64,000 bases of DNA, from assembly GCA_018268995.1 (NCBI GenBank), contig JAFDVL010000102.1, forward strand, positions 21,696-85,695, written 5' to 3'. Under the pieces are notes generated by a model. That model did no database searches and was not told the DNA's origin. It saw only the letters and a program-made list of their open reading frames with translations. The stretch comes from Acidobacteriota bacterium (GTDB lineage Bacteria > Acidobacteriota > Blastocatellia > RBC074). A program made the translations under genes and the position numbers. Below are positions 30,402 through 38,933 of the stretch, piece by piece. Position 1 is the stretch's first letter; each line of letters begins with the position of its first letter.

Positions 30402-31796
30402 ATGCAGCCCCCTCTTAAGCTTATCTTGTCGTTTGCTTTTTTGCTGCGTATTGCAATTACGATCATCGCCTGGTTCTCTTTACACGACGTAAAAGCGTTT
30501 TACGCTAAAGATACCGGGTCATATTTGCAACCAGCACTTGAATTGGTCGCACAGGGCAGTTTCACCACCTTTGGCGCACCTGAACTTTTTCGCACACCTG
30601 GCTATCCCTTGCTGCTGAGTTTGGGAGTTTGGCTGGGACAAGTGGAAATCATCACGATTGGTCTGCAAATTCTGCTTGGATGCCTCACCACTTATCTTGT
30701 CTACCTGCTTGCACTAGAACTTTTTACGGATACACGAATCGCCAGTTGGAGCGCACTTGCATTCAGTCTGGAACCGATCAGTATAATCAGCAGCAACTGG
30801 CTTTTAAGCGATACGCTTTTCACGACGTTGCTGGCGGGTGCGCTGTATTGCCTGATTCGGTTTGTCAAAACACGGCAAACGAGTCTGCTGATGCTCGCGG
30901 CCTCAATCTTTGCTCTTTCCGTGTATGTTCGTCCCATCGGATATTTCCTGCCATTAGCATTGGCGTTAACGTTACTGATCTGGGGAGTGGTGAAGCGGGA
31001 AAAACAGCTGATTGCCCAAACCTTCCTCTTTGCCGCCATCGCCTTTGGAATCATTAGCGCCTGGCAAATCAGAAATAGAGTTGAAACCGGATATGCCGGA
31101 TTCTCTGCTGCGGTGGATTACAACCTGTACTTTCATCAGGTCGCGGCGCTCAAGTCCAGAGAGAATGGCGTGCCATTTTATGAAGTGATGGAGGAAATGG
31201 GATTTTACAGCCGCGAAAAATATCTCAGCCAAAATCCTGAACAGCAAATCTGGACGCTGGCGCAGCAATACGAATTCATGCGAACCGAAGGCGTTAAGGC
31301 AACGTGGCGCGATCCGTTAGCCGCAGCGAATATTTATTTGCATGGCTTAGTCATTTCGATGTTTGATCCGGGCGCGTCTGAATATTTGCGATTGTTCGGC
31401 CTCTATCCCAAATCCGGTAAAGTCCTGAACGGCGTGGTCAGCGAAGGCATCATCGCCACTGCGATAAATCTGGTGACGACAAAACCGTTGCTGTTCTCTT
31501 TAACCTGTATTTTGGGCTTCCTGCTCCTACTGTACTACTCACTTTCCCTCATCGGCCTCAAAGCCAGCTTCCAACAATCCAGCCTATCTTTCCTGCTCTT
31601 GCTGATCACAGGCATGTACTTGATCGCACTTTCAGGCGGAACGATTGCGGCAAGTAGATTTCGTCTGCCCGTCATGATCGTCGTTTGCATTCTGGCGGGA
31701 CAAGGTTTATCAATAGCGATGTCGCAGATACAACTTTGGAAAGTACAACTTGCTCCTGCCCTTAATCTGGGAGAAGCAAATCTGACGCGTCAATAA
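30402..31796 (+). CDS. Integral-membrane glycosyltransferase family 39-like (ArnT/PMT-like) protein.
   Basis: About 12 predicted TM helices. The first periplasmic loop carries a D-x-type motif (HDVKAFYAKDTGSYLQ). The topology resembles aminoarabinose/mannosyl transferases. ATG at 30402. Confidence 0.5.
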   Translation: MQPPLKLILSFAFLLRIAITIIAWFSLHDVKAFYAKDTGSYLQPALELVAQGSFTTFGAPELFRTPGYPLLLSLGVWLGQVEIITIGLQILLGCLTTYLVYLLALELFTDTRIASWSALAFSLEPISIISSNWLLSDTLFTTLLAGALYCLIRFVKTRQTSLLMLAASIFALSVYVRPIGYFLPLALALTLLIWGVVKREKQLIAQTFLFAAIAFGIISAWQIRNRVETGYAGFSAAVDYNLYFHQVAALKSRENGVPFYEVMEEMGFYSREKYLSQNPEQQIWTLAQQYEFMRTEGVKATWRDPLAAANIYLHGLVISMFDPGASEYLRLFGLYPKSGKVLNGVVSEGIIATAINLVTTKPLLFSLTCILGFLLLLYYSLSLIGLKASFQQSSLSFLLLLITGMYLIALSGGTIAASRFRLPVMIVVCILAGQGLSIAMSQIQLWKVQLAPALNLGEANLTRQ

Positions 31797-31903
31797 AGTT
31801 CGATTTACAACAGAAACAAGTTCACCGCAAAGGCGCAACAACTGTGTCTTTGCGGTGATGCCAGTTTTAGGATTGCTTCCGCAAATTGAAAGCACAAATA
31901 CGC

Positions 31904-33247
31904 ATGATGACATCGCGCCGCACATTCGGATGGTTATTCGTCCTTCTCTCATTGACCATCACCGCCCAAAACACAGCCCGCAAATACACCACTGTTGAGC
32001 GATTACAACCCGAACATTTACGCGCCGTTCATGAAGATCGCCTGCGTCATCAACAGCAACGCAAGACCATCAAAGTCATCAAAGGCTACAACGACTATCG
32101 CGCGATCATGCACGTCCATGCCGAAGATGCGACGCACACTGGCGGCACGCGTCCCGAATTACTGGCGGCGTGCAAACGAACAGGCGTCAACGTTGTGATG
32201 CTGACGAATCACGTCCGCCCACCCGTAGATTTCATCACCGATACCTGGCGTGGGTTGCGCGAAGGCGTGCTTTTCATTCCCGGTGCAGAGCATGAAGGCT
32301 TTTTGTCTTATCCGATGAAATCCATTCTGAACCGCAAAACAAACTCGCGCGAAGAATACATTCAAATGGTCAGGGAAGGCGGAGGCAACATCTTCCTTTC
32401 GCATATCGAAGAGCGTCCCGACTGGGCGACTGATCAATTGACGGGAATGGAAATTTATAACCATCACGCTGATTTCAAAGGTGAGTTGGAGTTCCTGAAA
32501 TGGCTACCGCAGACGCTTTCTGATCCTGATGGCATTGTAAAATTCAAGCAACTGCTGGCGGATTACCCGATGGAGTTTTTCGGCGCGACACAGGATTATT
32601 TGCAGGATTACATCAAGAAATGGGATGCCGACAGTCAACAGCATCGCGTCACAGGCGTCGCCGCCAATGATTGCCATCACAATCAGGTCATCACCGTCAA
32701 AGTTGCCGCACCGGATGCGATTGAATTATGGCTGACGGGAGACAAAGACCCGACCTTCAAGGTGAACGCCAAACGTGCGCCACGCATCCCCGAATTGACC
32801 AAAGACAAACAACCCGGTGACATCATCGCCGTCGTAGACATTGACCCATACGACCGCAGTCTGAGTTACGTCACCACCCACATCCTCGCCCAAAAACAGA
32901 ACGAATCCTCCATCCGCGAAGCCCTCAATCAGGCACACGCCTACGTTTCGCACGATTGGTTTTGCGATCCAACAGGATTTGCTTTTGTCGTGAACAAAGG
33001 CACGCGACAAATAGGAATTATGGGCGATGGGGTGAAGTTCAGTGCGGAAATGAAATTGTCTGTGGCTGCGCCAACAAGTGGAATGATTCGATTGTTTCGC
33101 AACGGAGCGATGGTGCAGGAATCAAAAAGCAATTCGATGGACTATCCAGTCACGGAGCCAGGAACGTATCGCGCAGAAGTTTGGTTGGAACTGGATGGCG
33201 AATGGCGTCCGTGGATTTATGCGAATCAGGTTAGGGTTTTACAATAA
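31904..33247 (+). CDS. Secreted hypothetical protein, possibly a PHP/CehA-like metal-dependent hydrolase.
   Basis: Signal peptide. The His-rich motifs IMHVHAEDATHTGG, NHV and HHADFKG resemble PHP-domain metal ligands. This assignment is weak. Confidence 0.4.
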   Translation: MMTSRRTFGWLFVLLSLTITAQNTARKYTTVERLQPEHLRAVHEDRLRHQQQRKTIKVIKGYNDYRAIMHVHAEDATHTGGTRPELLAACKRTGVNVVMLTNHVRPPVDFITDTWRGLREGVLFIPGAEHEGFLSYPMKSILNRKTNSREEYIQMVREGGGNIFLSHIEERPDWATDQLTGMEIYNHHADFKGELEFLKWLPQTLSDPDGIVKFKQLLADYPMEFFGATQDYLQDYIKKWDADSQQHRVTGVAANDCHHNQVITVKVAAPDAIELWLTGDKDPTFKVNAKRAPRIPELTKDKQPGDIIAVVDIDPYDRSLSYVTTHILAQKQNESSIREALNQAHAYVSHDWFCDPTGFAFVVNKGTRQIGIMGDGVKFSAEMKLSVAAPTSGMIRLFRNGAMVQESKSNSMDYPVTEPGTYRAEVWLELDGEWRPWIYANQVRVLQ

Positions 33248-33291
33248 TCATTTGAATATGATTGGTAATCAGCGCTCGCCGATCTATTTGA

Positions 33292-34260
33292 TTACTTGCC
33301 CTTTCTCCAACTACTATTTCGCTCTCTTGTGATTTCGTGATAATTGGCTTTCGCCTTTTCGAGAAAAGAATTATCTGCTGATATTTTCTCAACAATCCAG
33401 TCTATGAATTCCTGGCTATATTGAGCACTACTATATTGAGATTTGTAGTAGAACCGTGGAATTCCAGAAATATTATAGACAGACCTAACTGACAGAACGT
33501 CATAGTTATTTATTTTGGGCGTAATCTGCAAACGTTCATTTAGTTCTCGAACAATATCAATTTGCCTAAATGGATGGGTGTCGTCTGGGTTGAGTAAACG
33601 GTTTGCTGGTACACTTGGATCATCAACAAGACGGATGACTTTGGGCGAATTAGAAGCTGGATTAGTTTCAGTGTCAGGCACAATCATGATCCTCGCCCCA
33701 ACTGGAGCCTCAACAACCTTTCTAATTCCATCTAGCCAAGAAACTTTTATTATCTCTAATTCCCTATGAAGAAATTGTTGAAGATCATCTGAGGTTCCAG
33801 GTTCACTTTTGGCTCCGTGTCGAAAATATACTGTCCCAGTATTAAACGCGCTTCTCGCTTTGCCATCTCGGCCTTGATAGTTACCAGGGGCAATGAATAC
33901 GAGTGGTACTGAAGTACGACCGATCTCAAGTGCCGCAACCATTTGCCCCTCTTTTTCTACTGCCAGCATGTTAAATTCACTGAAATGTCGCCCTGTATAA
34001 GAGAAAATCTTGTCTGTAATTTTTGCTGGGTCGTAGCTAAGGATAGTTGACACGTCTTGCCCTGATACTTTGCCTTCATCATTCACATTAAACAATAAAA
34101 CACCCCCACCTGAATTTGCCATTGCAACTATGTCTTTGATCACTTCGCACCAATCGCCTTTCGATGAAGTGTCAAAATGCTCTTTGAAATCTATTTGTGC
34201 TGTTTCTTGAGATGAGAGCAGGGCTGATTCGATAATATTACTCATAAGAGGTCCAAACAC
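33292..34260 (-). CDS. AlbA_2 (Schlafen-like, 'divergent AAA') domain protein; putative nucleic-acid-binding or defence-associated.
   Basis: The N-terminus ESALLSSQETAQIDFKEHFD...WCEVIKDIVAMANSGGGVLLFNVNDEG matches the AlbA_2 motif (E..-E.K...D + AFAN.GGG.L..GV). The gene is conspicuously AT-rich compared with its flanks. Confidence 0.55.
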   Translation of the reverse strand: MFGPLMSNIIESALLSSQETAQIDFKEHFDTSSKGDWCEVIKDIVAMANSGGGVLLFNVNDEGKVSGQDVSTILSYDPAKITDKIFSYTGRHFSEFNMLAVEKEGQMVAALEIGRTSVPLVFIAPGNYQGRDGKARSAFNTGTVYFRHGAKSEPGTSDDLQQFLHRELEIIKVSWLDGIRKVVEAPVGARIMIVPDTETNPASNSPKVIRLVDDPSVPANRLLNPDDTHPFRQIDIVRELNERLQITPKINNYDVLSVRSVYNISGIPRFYYKSQYSSAQYSQEFIDWIVEKISADNSFLEKAKANYHEITRERNSSWRKGK

Positions 34261-34352
34261 CCATACTCGAGATTTGACTTGAAGTTTAGTTATTTCCCAC
34301 CTGTCCTCCGCTCTTACTATTTTTTCGCGTGCTAAACTTCTGCAAAGTTTTC

Positions 34353-34895
34353 TTACTCGCTGTCATACGGAGGCCGAAAGTAATACAGCTTTGTCTTTGA
34401 CGGTTGGCGGGTGTTATATGCAACATATCCACCGCCCAGTCCCTTCACAAGCAGACTAATATCGCCGCCTAGTCCCCCGTCTGTATTCCCGTCAATCGTG
34501 CGGATTGCCCCCATATTATCGGCGTTGACGATGAAGCCGACATGATTCTTGGCTACGCCTGAGGCGTTAACGGGCATGTTGTATATGTCGCCCGGTTGCG
34601 GATTGGTGACCTGTTTGTAGGCAACCGTGTACCGTTCGATGGCATTGGATTTTTTATTGGACGAACCTGTCAGGCTGAAATTGGCGGGCAGTGGTCTGAC
34701 ACCTGCTTGTGCCAGACACCAATACACAAAATCACCACACCAGCTATTGCCGGGATCGTCTACGTTGTCCGCGACATAACCGGTTTGACGTGAGGTACGG
34801 ATGTATTCAAAGACACGCGCTTTGTTTGTTTTCCAGCCTGTTTTTACCAAGGCTTCCAGAAATGCGATGTAGAGTACGTCCATTGCGGTTGGCAT
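34353..34895 (-). CDS. CHAP-domain (cysteine/histidine-dependent amidohydrolase/peptidase) protein with no signal peptide.
   Basis: CHAP motifs are NSWCGDFVYWCLAQAG (Cys) and GDIYNM...KNHVGFIV (His). ATG at 34893-34895 with a GGAGG RBS. Confidence 0.65.
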   Translation of the reverse strand: MPTAMDVLYIAFLEALVKTGWKTNKARVFEYIRTSRQTGYVADNVDDPGNSWCGDFVYWCLAQAGVRPLPANFSLTGSSNKKSNAIERYTVAYKQVTNPQPGDIYNMPVNASGVAKNHVGFIVNADNMGAIRTIDGNTDGGLGGDISLLVKGLGGGYVAYNTRQPSKTKLYYFRPPYDSE

Positions 34896-34984
34896 AATTC
34901 CTCCTGGGTGAGGGGGAGAGTAACAAGGCAAGCGCGGCAGTAACCAGACTGTAAAGCTTGTCATTACCTAGTTTTTTGCACGCA

Positions 34985-35206
34985 CACAGCCCGCGAAGCG
35001 GGTGGTAGCATAAAGCCTGGGGTGCAACCCCAGGTAACATCGGGTTCGGACACATTAGCCCGCGAAGGCGGGCGATAGCTCACGTGGTTGGCGGAGCAGC
35101 TATCGCCTGCTCCGCAGGCTAGGCCTGATGGCCACATTTTTCCTGGGGTTACGGCTCTCGCCTTCACCCCAGGCTTTACTCGGACGCCCGCCTTCGCGGG
35201 CTGGCA
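34985..35206. repeat. GC-rich cluster of at least seven hairpins with internal symmetry; candidate structured ncRNA or REP/MITE-like element.
   Basis: Hairpins GCCCGC-GAAG-GCGGGC occur three times (34988-35003, 35057-35074, 35184-35204). CCTGGGG...CCCCAGG occurs twice (35016-35034, 35142-35173). Central stems GATAGCT...AGCTATC and GCGGAGCAG-CTATCGC-CTGCTCCGC are also present. The 18-mer AGCCCGCGAAGGCGGGCG has its reverse complement about 110 nt downstream. Confidence 0.5.
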
Positions 35207-35302
35207 AACGAAACGCATCAACAAAAAATGACAAGCTGTAAAGGAGGGCGTTTTATTTAGCGTTACGCCCACCTTCACAGTCGGGCTACTGCCTTATTTG
35301 TA

Positions 35303-37714
35303 CTATTTCTTTTTCCGATTCGCTTTCCCGCGTTCCTCGCATTCACGCAGCATGTCAGTGATGCGTTGGCGTTCATCGGCGGGCAGACGCGGGCCGTAAA
35401 TCGCGAGTCCTTTGCGTAAGGCTTCAGCGGCTTTGGTGTATTCCTGATTCACATAATTTGCCTGATACAAAATTGTGTACAGTTCAAATTTGTCTCCGGC
35501 CAATTCTGCATTCGGCATGGCATCGGCTAGTTTCAATGCCGCTTCAGCATCCTTCAAGGCTCGTGCATTATCCCCTTTGAGGAAGGCGTTATCTGCGCTC
35601 AGCCAGAGCGAGAGGAACAGGCGCATCTTATCGGGTAAATTCTGGGCCAGCTGTAAGGACTGGTTGATATTCAAACGCCCCTTATCAATGTAACTCATTC
35701 GCACGGCATCCGGCAGCTTGCTTTCTTCCCAGCCTGCATACCGAGTGTAGGCCTTGCCAAGGATGTAATTCGATTCGGCCAGCGCAGCATCATCGGCATA
35801 TCGAGCACCACCGAAAATGACGTGCGAAATGGACATGAACTTCGCGGCTTTCAGCAACGAGACTTTTTTCTTGGCCACTTCATTGAAGAGTTGCAGCGCG
35901 GTTTCTGCCTGCTCGACCGCCTCTTTCCAGGGCACGGCATCTACTTCCTTGCCCAGATCAATAAACTTCGCTGCCGGGTCTTTTGACAGCAGAACGTGGG
36001 CCAGAATCATGTGCGCAGGAGGAAATTTTGGATTGATGCCGATGGCTTTGCGCAGGGCTTTTTCCGCTCCGATTTTGTCACCACGAGCAAACAAGACATC
36101 ACCAAGAACGACATACGCAAAGTCATACAGCGGGTAACGCTTGTTGATGGCGCGCAAATCGTTGATGACTTCTTCAGTGTTGCGACCCGCATTAAATTTG
36201 GCTTCGGCGAGCAGCGTCTTGGTTTGGTAATCAGTCGGACGAACTGCCAGCGCTTCACTAAAGCTCTTGATCGCATCTTCCTTCATCCCCAGCGATTGCT
36301 CTGCGCGGCCACGATAGGTAAAGGCCTGATGATAGCCGCCGCCATTGATGCGAATGGCGTCATTGAAAATGGCAATTGCTTCCCGATATTTTTGCTTATT
36401 GAATAGATCAACGCCTTCCTGCAATTTCTTCTCAGCGTCTTTGGTCGGCGTTTTTTCATCGGTCAGATAAATCTGTTTCTGCTGCGTCGTAGATTCGACA
36501 ACTGCTTCCTGATCGCTTTGTGTGAAGGCGGCATTGATCTCATAAGCAGTCGTTTGGTTAGGTTTCACTTCGGCGGGTTGCGTTTGCTGCTTTCCGCCCT
36601 TTGCCAACGTTAGATTTCGCAATCCCACCGGAACGCGAATGGTTCGCTGGCTCCCTGAAGTAAGCGTTCCGACGGCTTTGCCATCCACAGAAACCGTCAC
36701 ACCATCCACTTCTGGATTTGTGATGCGCAAGGTTCCACACGGCGAATCTGCGCTGCATTTTCCAACTTCGGGATAAGACACCACAGAAAGCGGCAATTGA
36801 TTTGCGCTCAGCATCGTCGTGGCATATTGCGGATGCTGGCGATTGTTCGTCATCTTTGGCACTTCATCACGAACGTATGTGCGCAACTCTTCAAAGGTTA
36901 CTTTGCCATCTGCATCAAAATCCGCATTGCCTTGCACGGCTTCGAGCAGACAATAAGTAAAAACACCGTGACCCAGTTCATCTTTTTCCATCGAAGATTC
37001 ATTTTGATCCGCCGCAGACAAATAGCCGATGCCGCGCGGAATGCCTTCCAGCTCTTTCAGCCATTGGTTCTGCGCACGTTGTGTCACTGCCAGTCCGCGC
37101 GAACCACTATCCAACATTACGCCCGCGCTGTGGCAGGTATCGGAAATCACCAGTCCTTTTTTGGCAGGGATGCTGTTTACGGTACGCTTGAAAGTTTCCA
37201 TCCGCATTCCAGATTTTGAAATCGTGCGTGGGTCGGTGTCATAAAGCACAAAGTATGGATATTCCTCGGTTCGTCCCGAAGCTCCTTTTTCCTGCCAGAT
37301 CACGCCGTGGGCCGCAATGAAAACCACAAAGTAATCATCCGGTTTGGATTGTTTCAGCTTCTCCAGTGAGGCTTCGATATTGGCTTTGGTGGCTTGTTCA
37401 TCCACCAGCAGAGAGATATTGGATTCAGGGAAATTGCCGCCTTCATTGCTGCGCAGGAACTTATAAATTTCCGTCGCATCTTCTGCGGCATTTTTCAGAT
37501 TGGAAATTTGATTTCCATCCACATTTTGATCGCCGAATTTATACCGAGAAACGCCAATCACCACTGCCCATAAATTCACATTGCGATTGGCTGCGGCATC
37601 CTCTTTGGTCGCTCCCACCTTGATCGTTAATCCACGATCTCGTGTTTGGGCAATGGCAAGGAAAGTGACGGCACTTAGAAGAATTGTGAGGCTAAGATAA
37701 GAGAGGCGATTCAT
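35303..37714 (-). CDS. Secreted caspase (peptidase C14) domain protein with a C-terminal array of TPR repeats.
   Basis: Signal peptide MNRLSYLSLTILLSAVTFLAIAQ. The caspase His/Cys dyad is FIAAHGV ... ISDTCHSAGV. There are multiple TPR units in the C-terminal 450 aa. Confidence 0.8.
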   Translation of the reverse strand: MNRLSYLSLTILLSAVTFLAIAQTRDRGLTIKVGATKEDAAANRNVNLWAVVIGVSRYKFGDQNVDGNQISNLKNAAEDATEIYKFLRSNEGGNFPESNISLLVDEQATKANIEASLEKLKQSKPDDYFVVFIAAHGVIWQEKGASGRTEEYPYFVLYDTDPRTISKSGMRMETFKRTVNSIPAKKGLVISDTCHSAGVMLDSGSRGLAVTQRAQNQWLKELEGIPRGIGYLSAADQNESSMEKDELGHGVFTYCLLEAVQGNADFDADGKVTFEELRTYVRDEVPKMTNNRQHPQYATTMLSANQLPLSVVSYPEVGKCSADSPCGTLRITNPEVDGVTVSVDGKAVGTLTSGSQRTIRVPVGLRNLTLAKGGKQQTQPAEVKPNQTTAYEINAAFTQSDQEAVVESTTQQKQIYLTDEKTPTKDAEKKLQEGVDLFNKQKYREAIAIFNDAIRINGGGYHQAFTYRGRAEQSLGMKEDAIKSFSEALAVRPTDYQTKTLLAEAKFNAGRNTEEVINDLRAINKRYPLYDFAYVVLGDVLFARGDKIGAEKALRKAIGINPKFPPAHMILAHVLLSKDPAAKFIDLGKEVDAVPWKEAVEQAETALQLFNEVAKKKVSLLKAAKFMSISHVIFGGARYADDAALAESNYILGKAYTRYAGWEESKLPDAVRMSYIDKGRLNINQSLQLAQNLPDKMRLFLSLWLSADNAFLKGDNARALKDAEAALKLADAMPNAELAGDKFELYTILYQANYVNQEYTKAAEALRKGLAIYGPRLPADERQRITDMLRECEERGKANRKKK

Positions 37715-37869
37715 AAACGATCCTTTGCGTATTTTCAGGAAAGTCTGAGAAAGTTCTGATAAAGCGGGGAGAGACTTGCAAGTTCCGGGAACGTCAGATG
37801 CGCATTGCGAATCGTGGCACGTTCCTGAACCTTACAAGTCCTCCCAGTCCGTTCCTAGAGAAAAATTTG

Positions 37870-38931
37870 CTATGGCAAAATCACCGTGCCACCCGTCCGC
37901 GTATCAACTTGCGGCGTCTGGCGTACGGGATCGCGTGTTGCAAATTTATAAGCGCCAAGTCCGACCGCCGCGCCAATCACACCGAAGATTGGAAGAGCGT
38001 TTTGCGGTGCCCAGAAACCGACCTGCGCGCTGATGACATTGATTGTGCCTTCCCACACGGCATCGGTTCCCTCAACTTGCACTTTGATCTTGGTCGAAGT
38101 CCCCGAAGTCTCGCTGGCCGTGAAATTCACCTGAGCAACCCCTTGTGAATTTGTCGTGGCCCGTAAGCTTGCCTGCCCGGCCAGAGTACCAGCATTGCCT
38201 GAATTTGCGCCGCCGCCACCTAACAGGAATAAGACAGGTGCATCCGGGACAGGACGATCATTTTCATCCGTCACGCGAACCTGCAAGTTGCGCGTCGAAC
38301 GAGCACGAATTTCCGTATTCGTGCCCAGATTCAACGGCTTGATCAGATATTTACGCGGCCCGGCCTGCTGTTGTGCCGCATTCGCCGCAGCGATTTCTTT
38401 GTCGTACAGGCCAAGTGCAAAATTGCCAACTGACATTACCTGCCCGCTGATGGGCGTAATGATCGGTTGACCATCCCGAATGCCAGCACGAAACTGCGCG
38501 CCTTTGGTGGTCACGAATCCGGCACCTGCAACCTCTAATCTGGCTGCTGATTCAGGCTTCAGGGAAACACTGACTTCCCCGTTGACCAATGAGGCAAGCA
38601 TCGCGTGCGAAACAGTATCTGCCGCCAGTTTGACAGTGGCCCCACCGCGCAACGTGATGTTGCCGATGGTTGCAAGCATTACCTGAGCACTGGCCCCAGA
38701 TGCAGCTTGCACCGTGTCACCGTTCCAAAGCAATCCTTGTCGCCCGGCTTCGTTTCCATTGATTTCAATCGCTTCCATTGACTCAACCGACCCGATTGGC
38801 GCTGCTGTCAGCCGTGTGGCGGAACGGTCATTGGAGCGATCATTTACGCGCGATGCCCCTGCCAGTGAAACGACTGGCATGAGTGCAAGCGCAAAGGCTA
38901 GTAGAAAAATCGTGAACTTTAATTTTCGCAT
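37870..38931 (-). CDS. Secreted hypothetical protein with a C-terminal TM anchor; possibly FecR-like.
   Basis: Signal peptide MRKLKFTIFLLAFALALMPVVSLAGA. The C-terminal helix is IFGVIGAAVGLGAYKF. The stop is 2 nt from the start of the giant downstream gene. Confidence 0.45.
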   Translation of the reverse strand: MRKLKFTIFLLAFALALMPVVSLAGASRVNDRSNDRSATRLTAAPIGSVESMEAIEINGNEAGRQGLLWNGDTVQAASGASAQVMLATIGNITLRGGATVKLAADTVSHAMLASLVNGEVSVSLKPESAARLEVAGAGFVTTKGAQFRAGIRDGQPIITPISGQVMSVGNFALGLYDKEIAAANAAQQQAGPRKYLIKPLNLGTNTEIRARSTRNLQVRVTDENDRPVPDAPVLFLLGGGGANSGNAGTLAGQASLRATTNSQGVAQVNFTASETSGTSTKIKVQVEGTDAVWEGTINVISAQVGFWAPQNALPIFGVIGAAVGLGAYKFATRDPVRQTPQVDTRTGGTVILP

Positions 38932-38933
38932 GG

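Noticed and set aside
35040-35125. tRNA-like segment GGGCGATAGCTCACGTGGTTGGCGGAGCAGCTATC.
   Set aside because: It resembles an acceptor/D-arm. However, no T-loop (GGTTCGAATCC) or plausible anticodon arm follows. It fits better as part of the hairpin cluster.
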